Notes under the pieces: generated by a model | The model's input: the letters and a program-made list of their open reading frames with translations, nothing else | Told to the model about the DNA's origin: nothing | Database searches by the model: none | Translations under genes and position numbers: made by a program | Virus record (IMG/VR): IMGVR_UViG_3300037311_000019 | Location: 1 to 36,136 of that record | DNA: 36,136 nt | Direction: 5' to 3' (one strand) | DNA from: a virus | Taxonomy: Duplodnaviria > Caudoviricetes | Shown here: in pieces, positions 1 to 9,148 of the stretch | How positions within the stretch are numbered: position 1 is the stretch's first letter | Layout of the letters: each line of letters opens with the position of its first letter

Positions 1-143
1 GGTCTGGACGACAAAGAGCGAACCGAGAAGATTTTAGGGCAAGAGTACGCGACAATTTATCTTAATGAGTGCTCGCAGATACCGTTTAACTCGCGCGGCA
101 TTGCGGTGACTCGTCTTGCGCAGCAAGCAACGCAAGTAATAGA
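1..143. repeat. Terminal direct repeat, left copy (circular overlap)
   Basis: Identical to 35994-36136 except A17 versus G36010. It lies inside terL, so it is most likely an assembly overlap of a circular or permuted genome. Confidence 0.95.
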
Positions 144-1035
144 GGGGGCGGAAGACAAGCCTCTTAAACCGCGAATGTACTATGACTGCAACCCTCCGCC
201 TAAGAGTCACTGGACATATAAGTTGTTTCGCCAAAAAGTCGATCCTGATTCGGGTTTGCCATTAAATAACCCAGACAACTACGTTTCGTTTCAGATTAAT
301 CCAGTCGACAACGTGAGCAATCTAGCAGATGGTTACATTGAGACGCTAAAAGCGTTGTCGCCTAGGCTTCAGAAACGATTCCTTGCGGGTGAGTTTGGTG
401 ACGCAACGCCTAATCAGTTATTTGCTGATGAGTGCATTGATACATGGCGCGTAAATGATGGCAAAACGCCAGACTTTGTGCGTGTAATTGTAAGCGTTGA
501 CCCGTCAGGGTCTGGCGACACTGACAATGCAGACAATGATGCGATTGGCATCAGTGTAACCGCTCTCGGCACCGACGGTAATGCTTACGTACTAGAAGAT
601 TTAACCGTGAAAGCAGGTCCAGCGACGTGGGGCCGTGTGGCTGTCTCGGCTTACGAAAGGCATAAAGCCGATGTAATAGTCGGTGAGGGCAATTACGGCG
701 GTGATATGGTGCGATTTACTGTGCAAACGGCCAATCCTCGCGTTAATTTCAAGCTGGTTAGCGCAACGCGGGGCAAGGTTGTCCGAGCCGAGCCTATCAG
801 CGCGCTTTATGAAGTGGGCAAAGTGCGCCACGTTGGACGATTCCCAGAGCTTGAAGATGAAATGTCCGGCTTTAGCACAAACGGATACACCGGCAGTAAA
901 AGCCCGAACCGAGCGGATGCGCTTATCTGGGGGCTCACTGAATTGTTCCCCGGCGTTGTTAAACAACCAAAAGCCGCCGAGCCTGCAAACGATGAGCATG
1001 ACGAGTGGTACGCGAATGCAGGATGGATGGCATGA
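1..1035 (+). CDS. terL: Terminase large subunit, 3' part (continues from 35676 across the join; about 450 aa in total)
   Basis: Frame is open from base 1 (GLDDKERTEKILGQEYATIYLNECSQ). It has the coupling motif DCNP, an RNase H-like nuclease motif VSVDPSGS and a C-terminal SPNRADAL. It lies upstream of the portal. Confidence 0.93.
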   Translation, partial: GLDDKERTEKILGQEYATIYLNECSQIPFNSRGIAVTRLAQQATQVIEGAEDKPLKPRMYYDCNPPPKSHWTYKLFRQKVDPDSGLPLNNPDNYVSFQINPVDNVSNLADGYIETLKALSPRLQKRFLAGEFGDATPNQLFADECIDTWRVNDGKTPDFVRVIVSVDPSGSGDTDNADNDAIGISVTALGTDGNAYVLEDLTVKAGPATWGRVAVSAYERHKADVIVGEGNYGGDMVRFTVQTANPRVNFKLVSATRGKVVRAEPISALYEVGKVRHVGRFPELEDEMSGFSTNGYTGSKSPNRADALIWGLTELFPGVVKQPKAAEPANDEHDEWYANAGWMA

Positions 1036-1340
1036 AGCGCAAGTATGAGACCGCGACATGCCACATCGACGAAGCATGGGACGGCGTTCCTAGCGATATC
1101 CGCGATCGTGTGACGTTCGTGAAAGACGTGAAGTCAACCATTAAACGTGCTGGTCACGCTTCTGGACTGATGGATATGGTTATGTCAGAGGCTAAGCGTA
1201 AGGGGCGCATGCTTGTCCTAGAGCCTAGAGCGTTTGACGACGGTATGACCGATGATGAGCTTGTCAGATGGTATGAGCGTTTAGGGTTCACGGTTTTTCA
1301 ACCAAAAAGTGACACACACCCATGTCTGATGCGGGCGTAA
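1032..1340 (+). CDS. GNAT-like acetyltransferase
   Basis: KRAGHASGLM and LVRWYERLGF resemble GNAT acetyl-CoA-binding motifs. ATGA overlap with the terL stop. Confidence 0.65.
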   Translation: MKRKYETATCHIDEAWDGVPSDIRDRVTFVKDVKSTIKRAGHASGLMDMVMSEAKRKGRMLVLEPRAFDDGMTDDELVRWYERLGFTVFQPKSDTHPCLMRA

Positions 1341-3400
1341 ATACCAAAGACGTTATTGCCGACGCAAAAGCCTTCTATGAGGCGGTGTCGGCTTACGAGT
1401 CAGAGAATCGTGCGGAAGCCCTCGATGATAAGCAATTCATTAAAGGCGGTGCTGGACAATGGGACCCCAATGCACGTCGTTTACGTGAGATTGAGCAGCG
1501 CCCATGTCTGACGTTTAACGTCCTGCCGACATTCATTCAACAAATTGTCAACGACCAACGCCAGAACAAAACCAACATCAAGACGCATCCCGTTGAGGAA
1601 GGCGATAAAGAGTTAAACGAAGTCGCGCAAGGGCTGATTAAGCATATCGAGTATGAGTCGAATGCGGATGTGGCGTATGACCGGTCTCTCGGTAATGCTA
1701 CGGAGATTGGTTTCGGTTATTGGATTCTGGAGACCGACTATGAGTCTCCTAAGTCGTTTGATCAGGTCATTCGATACAAGTCAATCCGTAACCCGTTCAC
1801 AGTCTATTTTGACCCTCTTTCCACAGAGCCAGACGGCAGCGACCAGCGTAAATGTCTCATCGCGATTGATGTCGCAAAAGAGGACTATAAGAAAGAGTAC
1901 CCCAAGAGCGAACTAAGCTCCGCTGATTGGGTATCAGCAACTGGTAACGGCCAAGACGGATGGGTAACTGATGAGACTATTCGTGTCGCGCAGTTCTATC
2001 GCATTGAGGAAACTGAAGCTACCCTTTACCAACTCCCTGATGGTTCCGCCGCATGGGAAGAGGATTTAGGAGAGTTTGCGTCTGCAAAGTCCATCCTTAA
2101 AAGCCGGAAGTCTTGTAAGCGTAAGACGATGCTTTACAAGCTAAACGGCTTTGAGGTATTGGAAACGACCGAAATTAAATGTCCGTGGATTCCCGTATTC
2201 CCTGTATGGGGAACGGAAATTGACATTAACGGTAAGGTCTACCGTCAAGGCATGATTCGCGCCGCTAAAGACCCTGCACGCATGTATAACGTGCTGATGA
2301 GCGCCGCGACCGAGGAAGTGGCGTCTCGGACTAAATCGCCGTGGATTATGGCGGAAGGCCAAGCCGAAGGTCATGAGAAGAAATGGCGTCAGGCAAACCA
2401 AAGAAACTTTGCCTATCTTGAATACAAGCCTACAACCGTAGAAGGCCAACTCGCCCCACCACCCCAACGTCAGCCAATGGTAGACGTTCCTGCCGGGTTC
2501 CTCACAATGGCAGGTCATACGCGAGATGACATCAAGGCCACGACGGGTGTATTTGACGCCTCAATGGGTGCCGCAAGCAACGAAACGTCAGGGAAGGCGA
2601 TTCTCGCGCGCGAGCGTCAAGGCGACATCACCAATTTCCATTATCGAGACAACCTTACCCGCACGCAAAAGCATTGTGGGCGCTGCATTCTCGCCATGAT
2701 TCCCCATTATTACGATGCCACACGCATTGTGCGAATCATGGGAGAGGACGAATCGGTCAAGAGCGTGGAAATCAACAAGCCAAAAATGGGCGCAGTAGGC
2801 CAGTTTGTGAACGATATGTCCCAAGTGGCCGAGTTTGATATTACGGTGTCCGCTGGCCCAGCTTACCAAACGCAACAACAAGAAGCCACCGAGGCAATGG
2901 TGCAGCTATCCCAAACAAATCCAAACATCATGGCCGTTGCTGGGGATGTGGTGGTGCGTAACCTTCCTTTCCGTGGTGCGGACGAGATTGCCGACCGTCT
3001 AAAAATGGCGCTGCCTTCAAACATCCAAGAAATGATTCAGGATGACAAGGCAGACCCACAGGTCCAGATTATTAAAGCGCAGGCTAACCAAGCTATCGAC
3101 CAACTTCAACAACAAATTCAAGCCGCCGAAGCGGGGATTGCAGAGAGGGACGCCGCGTTAAGAGATGCGGAAGAAAAGGCCGCTAACGAAGCCAGAAAAA
3201 TAGAGATTGACGCCTACAAAGCCGAAACCGAGCGCATGAAGGCGCTTGCTCCGGCGATTGACCCCGGACTACTTCAGCAAGTGGCTACACAAGCCGCTAT
3301 GGCCGCGCTAGAAATGGCGCAGCCGCAAGTGCAGCAAGCGGTAATGCCGCCCGAAGAAATGCCCCAGATGCCCCCTGATTTTGCAACACCAATCGACTAG
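1322..3400 (+). CDS. Portal protein, P22 gp1-like
   Basis: 692 aa with GQW, RPCLTFN, NETSGKAILARERQG and a coiled-coil C-terminus. Sits between terL and the scaffold gene. Confidence 0.92.
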   Translation: MSDAGVNTKDVIADAKAFYEAVSAYESENRAEALDDKQFIKGGAGQWDPNARRLREIEQRPCLTFNVLPTFIQQIVNDQRQNKTNIKTHPVEEGDKELNEVAQGLIKHIEYESNADVAYDRSLGNATEIGFGYWILETDYESPKSFDQVIRYKSIRNPFTVYFDPLSTEPDGSDQRKCLIAIDVAKEDYKKEYPKSELSSADWVSATGNGQDGWVTDETIRVAQFYRIEETEATLYQLPDGSAAWEEDLGEFASAKSILKSRKSCKRKTMLYKLNGFEVLETTEIKCPWIPVFPVWGTEIDINGKVYRQGMIRAAKDPARMYNVLMSAATEEVASRTKSPWIMAEGQAEGHEKKWRQANQRNFAYLEYKPTTVEGQLAPPPQRQPMVDVPAGFLTMAGHTRDDIKATTGVFDASMGAASNETSGKAILARERQGDITNFHYRDNLTRTQKHCGRCILAMIPHYYDATRIVRIMGEDESVKSVEINKPKMGAVGQFVNDMSQVAEFDITVSAGPAYQTQQQEATEAMVQLSQTNPNIMAVAGDVVVRNLPFRGADEIADRLKMALPSNIQEMIQDDKADPQVQIIKAQANQAIDQLQQQIQAAEAGIAERDAALRDAEEKAANEARKIEIDAYKAETERMKALAPAIDPGLLQQVATQAAMAALEMAQPQVQQAVMPPEEMPQMPPDFATPID

Positions 3401-3432
3401 CCGAAAGCTAGGATTCCTTCTAAGGAAAAATC

Positions 3433-4218
3433 ATGTCAGATGTAATTGAAGCTCCTGTAGTCGAAACGCCAGTCACTGCGGAAGTGACGCCACCGGAGAC
3501 GGCCACTCCGCCTGAAAAGGAAGCAACGCCGGACAAGCCAGAAAAGACATTTTCTCAGGCAGACCTTGACAAAATTGTCCAGAAACGGCTCGCACAAGAA
3601 TCCCGACGTATTGAGCGCGCTGCGCGCGCCGAAGCCGAAAACGCATTGCTCCGAGAGCAGATGCAGCGGCAAGCGCCAAAGCCTCAAGAGTCAGGGGAAC
3701 CAAAACGCGACGATTTCCAATCATGGGATGAATGGAATGAGGCGCGGGTGGAATGGAAAGCAAACGCAGTGGTCGAGCAACGCCTAAAAGCGGAGCGCGA
3801 AAACTATCAACGGTTAGAAGCCGAGCGTTCGCAAGCCGAATTTAAGCGGCAAGCCTCGCAGCGACTGAATGAAGGTCATACCAAATATGACGATTTTGCC
3901 GAAGTAGCTTTATCGGAAGAAGTGCCGGTGACAGAAGTAATGGCCGACGCAATTGCCGACAGCGAAAAGGCCGTTGACATTGCTTACTGGCTTGGTAAAA
4001 ACTTGGCCGAGGCAAAGCGTATTGCGTCCCTTAACCCAGCTTCGCAAGCCCGAGAAATTGGCAAGATCGAAGCGCGTCTTGAGTCCCCACCAAAAACCAC
4101 CAGCGCCCCACCGCCGCTTAAATCTGTTGGTTCTGGCTCTGCGTCAAAAAGCGCAGATCAAATGTCAACAGAAGAGTGGATGGCGTGGCGAAACAAACAA
4201 CTCAAGAAAGGTAAGTAA
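3433..4218 (+). CDS. Capsid scaffolding protein
   Basis: Acidic, Pro-rich N-terminus, TFSQADLD, coiled coil, AYWLGKN, REIGKIEARL and C-terminal MSTEEW. SD AAGGA. Lies between portal and coat genes. Confidence 0.85.
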   Translation: MSDVIEAPVVETPVTAEVTPPETATPPEKEATPDKPEKTFSQADLDKIVQKRLAQESRRIERAARAEAENALLREQMQRQAPKPQESGEPKRDDFQSWDEWNEARVEWKANAVVEQRLKAERENYQRLEAERSQAEFKRQASQRLNEGHTKYDDFAEVALSEEVPVTEVMADAIADSEKAVDIAYWLGKNLAEAKRIASLNPASQAREIGKIEARLESPPKTTSAPPPLKSVGSGSASKSADQMSTEEWMAWRNKQLKKGK

Positions 4219-4220
4219 TC

Positions 4221-5447
4221 ATGTCTAATACCATCCTCACTCCACAGATGGTCACGCGTGAAGCGCAGCGAATTTTGGAAAACAATCTCGTTGCCGCTAA
4301 AAACGTTGACCGTCGCTACGATGACCAATTTGCCCAATCTGGCGCAAAAATTGGCGCTACGTTGACTATCCGCCGTCCCGCTCGTTACACCATTTCCACT
4401 GGCGCGGCGTTGGCAATTCAGGATTTCAACGAAACCATCGTGCCGTTGGTTATTAACACTCAGCGTCACGTTGATACCAATTTCACGTCGCAAGACCTAA
4501 CGTTGTCACTGGATGACTTCTCTCGTCGCGTTTTGAAGCCAAAAATGGCGGCGCTTGCAAGCCAAATCGACTTTGACGTTTTGAGTTTGTATGCAGACGT
4601 AAATAACTGTGTAGGCACTCCCGGCACAGTATTTGGCACGTCAGCGGTAGCCCTTGCCGCAGGCCAACGGCTTAACGAAGAAGCCGCGCCAGTGGACGAC
4701 GACCGCGCGTTGATTACCTCGTCAGCGTCCAACGCTGCGCTGGTAGAAAACCTTAAAGGCTTGTTCCAATCGTCCGACAAAATTGCCGACCAGTACGAGT
4801 CTGGCAACATGGGCACGGCGCTGGGCTTTAAGTTTTCGATGGATCAAAACATCAACACACACACAGTTGGCCCGCTTGGTGGCACGCCTTTGGTCAATGG
4901 TGCTAACCAAGGCATTTTGACTGGTTATGCTGCCACAACGTCGTTAGTTACCGATGGCTGGACAGCTTCCGCTGCGCTCCGCTTAAATCGCGGCGATGTG
5001 TTCACTATTGCGGGCGTGTTCGCAGTAAATCCACAAAATCGTCAATCTACTGGAGCATTGCGTCAATTTGTTGTGACGTCAAATACTTCGTCTGATGGCT
5101 CTGGCAATGCAACGGTTGTTATTTCTCCGGCAATTATTGCGGGCGGCCAGTTTCAAAATGTCACTGCTCGCCCTGCTGATAACGCAGCTATTACCGTTCT
5201 TGGTGCAGCCAATACGCTAACTCCTCAAAATCTTGCTTTCCATCGTGACGCATTTACGTTGGCCACAGTGGATTTGGAAGATGTGTCGAAATACGGCGCA
5301 TGGGGTTCGCGTGACAACTACAAAGGCATTTCGCTTCGTGTTGCGCGTCAGTATCGTATTGGCACTGATGACGTCCCATGTCGTGTTGACGTGCTTTATG
5401 GTGTCCGCACAATCTATCAGGAGCTTGCATGTCGAATTGCGGGATAA
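4221..5447 (+). CDS. Major capsid protein, P22 coat (gp5) family
   Basis: 408 aa with MSNTILT, KIGATLTIRRP, GDVFTIAGV, NLAFHRDAF and CRVDVLYG motifs. Confidence 0.93.
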   Translation: MSNTILTPQMVTREAQRILENNLVAAKNVDRRYDDQFAQSGAKIGATLTIRRPARYTISTGAALAIQDFNETIVPLVINTQRHVDTNFTSQDLTLSLDDFSRRVLKPKMAALASQIDFDVLSLYADVNNCVGTPGTVFGTSAVALAAGQRLNEEAAPVDDDRALITSSASNAALVENLKGLFQSSDKIADQYESGNMGTALGFKFSMDQNINTHTVGPLGGTPLVNGANQGILTGYAATTSLVTDGWTASAALRLNRGDVFTIAGVFAVNPQNRQSTGALRQFVVTSNTSSDGSGNATVVISPAIIAGGQFQNVTARPADNAAITVLGAANTLTPQNLAFHRDAFTLATVDLEDVSKYGAWGSRDNYKGISLRVARQYRIGTDDVPCRVDVLYGVRTIYQELACRIAG

Positions 5448-5710
5448 ATCCGATTGGTTACGGGGAGGCTTCGGCCTCCTCGTATTCTTATCAAGCGTTT
5501 CCTAAATGGAAATATCATCAAACGCAAGCGCCCATCATTGTCAATTCAATTGAAGAGGAGTCTGCCCTTGTCGGGTGGAACGACACACCATGCTTAGAGT
5601 CACAGACCGTCGAGTTGCCGTCACCCCCCTCCCCCAAATTGGAGCTAGCGAAGCCCTCTGGACGCCGGGGCAGACCACCACGTTTGACCGAAACCGAGAA
5701 GGTGAAGTAG
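5429..5710 (+). CDS. Small head-associated hypothetical protein
   Basis: SD AGGAG 5 nt before ATG inside the coat 3' end. Has YQAFPKWKYH, GWNDTP and a basic RRGRPP tail typical of small genes after capsid genes. Confidence 0.6.
   Translation: MSNCGINPIGYGEASASSYSYQAFPKWKYHQTQAPIIVNSIEEESALVGWNDTPCLESQTVELPSPPSPKLELAKPSGRRGRPPRLTETEKVK
5459..5489 (+). terminator. Rho-independent terminator-like hairpin after the coat gene
   Basis: CGGGGAGGC-TTCG-GCCTCCTCG followed by a weak T tract (TATTCTT). Confidence 0.6.
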
Positions 5711-5886
5711 AGGCGTGCACTAGAGGCAAGGTAATTGCTAAAGGCCCAAAGTGCCGAATGGATTTCGAGATTGGCGACGTCGTTCAATTCTCAGATTCGT
5801 GCAGTAATGAATTTGAGAAAGGCGGTCAAAAGTACCGAATTTTGACCGAGTTTGACATCTTAGGGGTTGAGGAATGGCCGCAGTAA
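5590..5886 (+). CDS. GroES/Cpn10-like co-chaperonin
   Basis: 98 aa: MLRVTDRRVAVTP, GKVIAKGP, FEIGDVVQF and YRILTEFDILGV follow the GroES pattern. Start inferred at ATG 5590. Confidence 0.8.
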   Translation: MLRVTDRRVAVTPLPQIGASEALWTPGQTTTFDRNREGEVEACTRGKVIAKGPKCRMDFEIGDVVQFSDSCSNEFEKGGQKYRILTEFDILGVEEWPQ

Positions 5887-6593
5887 TTGCGCAAGTGCTA
5901 CTTAACGCCGCCGCGCAAACCGCTCAATTTATTGAGTCTGGAGAGTCATTGACGGCGCAAGAGTCGGCGGACGCCCTTTATTTACTGAATGACCTTCTTG
6001 AATGGTTTAACCTTCAAGAATTGATGATTTACGCGAACGTAAATCAAACCTTCAACATGACAGCCGGTGTTGGGACGTACTCAATCGGAACTGGACAGAC
6101 GTGGGACACTTTGCGTCCTATTAACATTCACGATGGATTCACGTCTATCGGGGTCATTGATTACCCATTTGAATTGGTTTCCGACGTTGAATACAACTCG
6201 GTGAACTACAAAACCCTTACGAGCGCGTGGCCGCAAATAGCCAAATACAACGCGTCGTATCCAAATGCGTCAATTACGTTTTGGCCTGTGCCCGGTCAAG
6301 CGATGACGGCCACGCTCAATTTGAGCGCTCTTTTAACATCCGTCCCAAGTTTGGCAACAACGATCAATTTGCCGCCCGGTTATGGCCGCCTTTTACGGTA
6401 CGCGCTTGCCGATGAAATGGTGACCAACTGGAATATCCCTGCGTCTCAAAACACCGATAACATCAAAAAAATCAAAGCCGAGACGATGGGGAAAATTAAG
6501 GTTGTTAATTCGGAAGCTGATGTTCTTTCATTTGGCTCTGAATGGTCAGACCAGCCCGATTGGGGCACGTACTTTTACGCTCCGTTGATATGA
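5874..6593 (+). CDS. Head-to-tail adaptor (P22 gp4-like, extended)
   Basis: GESLTAQESADALYLLNDLLEW and LPPGY motifs, plus gene position. Confidence 0.65.
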   Translation: MAAVIAQVLLNAAAQTAQFIESGESLTAQESADALYLLNDLLEWFNLQELMIYANVNQTFNMTAGVGTYSIGTGQTWDTLRPINIHDGFTSIGVIDYPFELVSDVEYNSVNYKTLTSAWPQIAKYNASYPNASITFWPVPGQAMTATLNLSALLTSVPSLATTINLPPGYGRLLRYALADEMVTNWNIPASQNTDNIKKIKAETMGKIKVVNSEADVLSFGSEWSDQPDWGTYFYAPLI

Positions 6594-9148
6594 GAATCCC
6601 TATCGCAGTCGATATGGCGTCACGCGATGGCCTCCTAAACAAGGATGCCAAGGTCGTGAACGCCCTTATCGAAGCAAAAGGTGATTCCCTCGCGGTAAGA
6701 AAACGTCCGGGGCTGACTCAGGGCGCTCTAATTCAGGTGGGCACGGCGCAAGCTCTTACGCATTGGCGCGGCACGCTTAGAAGCATCATCGCGGACATTT
6801 ACAACGGCACGAACCTTACGCCATCAAGTGCTGGGTTGCCGTTTCAGTTTCAGGATAATGGCGCAGATGCGGGAACGCCGTTATTGATGATGAAAAACGC
6901 TTCCCAAGCATGGACGTCAGTTCCGGGTGGGGCAGTGACGCAAATTACGGATGTTGACTATCCGGGGACATACACCGTTACGCTCACGAGTCTTACGCGC
7001 TCAGGAAGTGTGGCGACAGCGACAACGCCGACTGACACCAATTTTCAGGTGGGTTCTACAGTTGTTATCGCGGGTGCGACGCCTTCAGCTTACAACGGCC
7101 CACAAGTCATTACGAGCGTAACGCCGTCGTCTACTGTTTCGGGGAAAACAGTTTCAGGCACTATTGTCCGCTCGGGAACGACGGCGACCTTTACCACCTT
7201 GACAGAACCACACGGCGTGACAAATGGTCAGTCGGTAACGATTACTGGTGCTTTGCAACCAGAGTACAACGGGACTTTCGTTGCAGCGTATATTTCCCCT
7301 ACGCAGTTTTCATTTACGGTTGTAGTTACAAACTCCCAAGCAATTTCAGGGACAGGGTTTTTTGCTTTAGCGCCCGTTGTTTGCTCTGTGCAAAACACAC
7401 CGGGAGCGTTAAACACATTTACCGCAACGATTGCGGGGGCGATTCAAGATATTTTTGTTGTTGGTGAAGTCGTAACACTTTCAGGTGGAGATGTGAATGT
7501 CACAGGTTCGAGAACAGTTGCGACTGTTTCTGCCGCAGCAGGACAATTTACTTTCATAACATCAGGCATTACTAGCGTAATTACCGCCACATGCTCTGTG
7601 GTAAGGGCGGCTCTAGGTGCGAGCGCTTCTTCTTGGGTATCTGGCACCAATACATTTAGCGGCATATACAGTGGTGCAATTACGCAAAGATTTGCCGCAG
7701 GCAAGCAACTGACAATATCAAACTATTCGACGCCAACATCTTTGCAAAATGCGTTAGTAACGGTTCTAAGCGTCAATGCCTCAACAAATGGGTTTACGTG
7801 CATAGTGCCTTCTCAGGGAGTGGAATCGCCTATTACGCCAGCAACAGGAAACATCACGTCAACGGTGAACACCACCACTCAAGTAGGCGCTTCCTTTACG
7901 TTTAATATCGGCGGCTCGCCCGCCACCCCGGCCACGGGCACAATCACCGCTGCGGGCGGAAGGAACACTGTGCCCGGAATTGCCTACATCAACGGCTATT
8001 TTTGTGTGATGGACGAGAACGGGGTGATTTACAACTCCGACCTTGATAATCCCCCCTCATGGAGTGCGTTGGACTACACGACCGCTCAATATGAGAACGG
8101 TTCAGGGGTTGCTATTGCCAAGTCACAGAATTACCTTGTCGCGTTTAAGCAATATTCAACCGAGTTTTTCTACGACGCGCAAAACCCCGTTGGTTCGCCA
8201 TTTTCTCCCGTAGAGAACGGATTTACACAGATAGGATGTGCTTCTGGGTTCTCGGTGGCGGAAACAAACGGCGGTTTGTGTTGGGTTGCCCAAGTCAAAG
8301 GACAAGGACGTTCTGTCTATTTTATGCAAGGCACCCAACAAGCAAAGATTTCGAGTGCTGATGTTGACCGCGTAGTCAATCGGGACAATTTAGTTACCGT
8401 TTATGCTTACGGAATCAATGTCGAAGGCCATGACCTCTACATTTTGACTTTGGTGTCGTCAAACATTACCCTTGTTTACGACTTTCAATCTAAGGCATGG
8501 TCTCAGTGGTCAAGCCTTACCGAAAATGCCCCGGTTTCCGTTTCAAGTATTACTCGCGTTGACCAAATTGCCACGGTAACGACCGCTGCGCCTCACGGTC
8601 TTGTGGACGGTGACCCAGCAACTATTGCGGGCGCGATTCAGGCTGAATATAACGGCCTAAAGCAGATTACCTATATCTCACCTACGTCTTTTAGCTTTGA
8701 AGTCACTGGAAGCCCCGTAAGCCCCGCCACGGGCACGATTACATGTGCGGGATACACCGAGTCTTACTTCAAGATGACCAAGGCGACTAATGCGGCGGGT
8801 GTTTTGACGTTTTTGCATGAATCAAACGGATTTCAGTACACCATGAGTCCCACGGTGTATTTAGACGCCGCTGTGCCCGTTTCCGTATTTACCAGAACCC
8901 AAAGGCTTGATGGGGGCTCAACAGAGCGAAAAACCATTGCAATGACGCAGGTGATTGGCGATACTGCTAATACCAAAGTCGCATTAAGATGGTCTGATGA
9001 TGACTGCCAGACATTTACAAAATATCGCCCTGCCGACCTCTCCCAACAAAGACCAATGGTTAGGCGTTGTGGAGCCTTTCGCAGGCGCGTTATTGAGATG
9101 AAACACATTGAAAACCAACCCATTAACTTAACGGGGTTTGAGCTATGA
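6590..9148 (+). CDS. Tail hub / packaged-DNA stabilisation protein (P22 gp10-like) with inserted beta-rich repeat domains
   Basis: RKRPGL, IAYINGYF, STEFFY, IGCASGFSV, GHDLYIL, TLVYD and LRWSDD motifs. ATGA overlap with the previous gene. Confidence 0.8.
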   Translation: MRIPIAVDMASRDGLLNKDAKVVNALIEAKGDSLAVRKRPGLTQGALIQVGTAQALTHWRGTLRSIIADIYNGTNLTPSSAGLPFQFQDNGADAGTPLLMMKNASQAWTSVPGGAVTQITDVDYPGTYTVTLTSLTRSGSVATATTPTDTNFQVGSTVVIAGATPSAYNGPQVITSVTPSSTVSGKTVSGTIVRSGTTATFTTLTEPHGVTNGQSVTITGALQPEYNGTFVAAYISPTQFSFTVVVTNSQAISGTGFFALAPVVCSVQNTPGALNTFTATIAGAIQDIFVVGEVVTLSGGDVNVTGSRTVATVSAAAGQFTFITSGITSVITATCSVVRAALGASASSWVSGTNTFSGIYSGAITQRFAAGKQLTISNYSTPTSLQNALVTVLSVNASTNGFTCIVPSQGVESPITPATGNITSTVNTTTQVGASFTFNIGGSPATPATGTITAAGGRNTVPGIAYINGYFCVMDENGVIYNSDLDNPPSWSALDYTTAQYENGSGVAIAKSQNYLVAFKQYSTEFFYDAQNPVGSPFSPVENGFTQIGCASGFSVAETNGGLCWVAQVKGQGRSVYFMQGTQQAKISSADVDRVVNRDNLVTVYAYGINVEGHDLYILTLVSSNITLVYDFQSKAWSQWSSLTENAPVSVSSITRVDQIATVTTAAPHGLVDGDPATIAGAIQAEYNGLKQITYISPTSFSFEVTGSPVSPATGTITCAGYTESYFKMTKATNAAGVLTFLHESNGFQYTMSPTVYLDAAVPVSVFTRTQRLDGGSTERKTIAMTQVIGDTANTKVALRWSDDDCQTFTKYRPADLSQQRPMVRRCGAFRRRVIEMKHIENQPINLTGFEL

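Noticed and set aside
3397-3411. Hairpin CTAGC-CGAAA-GCTAG between portal and scaffold as a terminator
   Set aside because: Only 5 bp with no U tract. It could be a translational operator, as in P22 scaffold autoregulation, but the sequence alone cannot support that.
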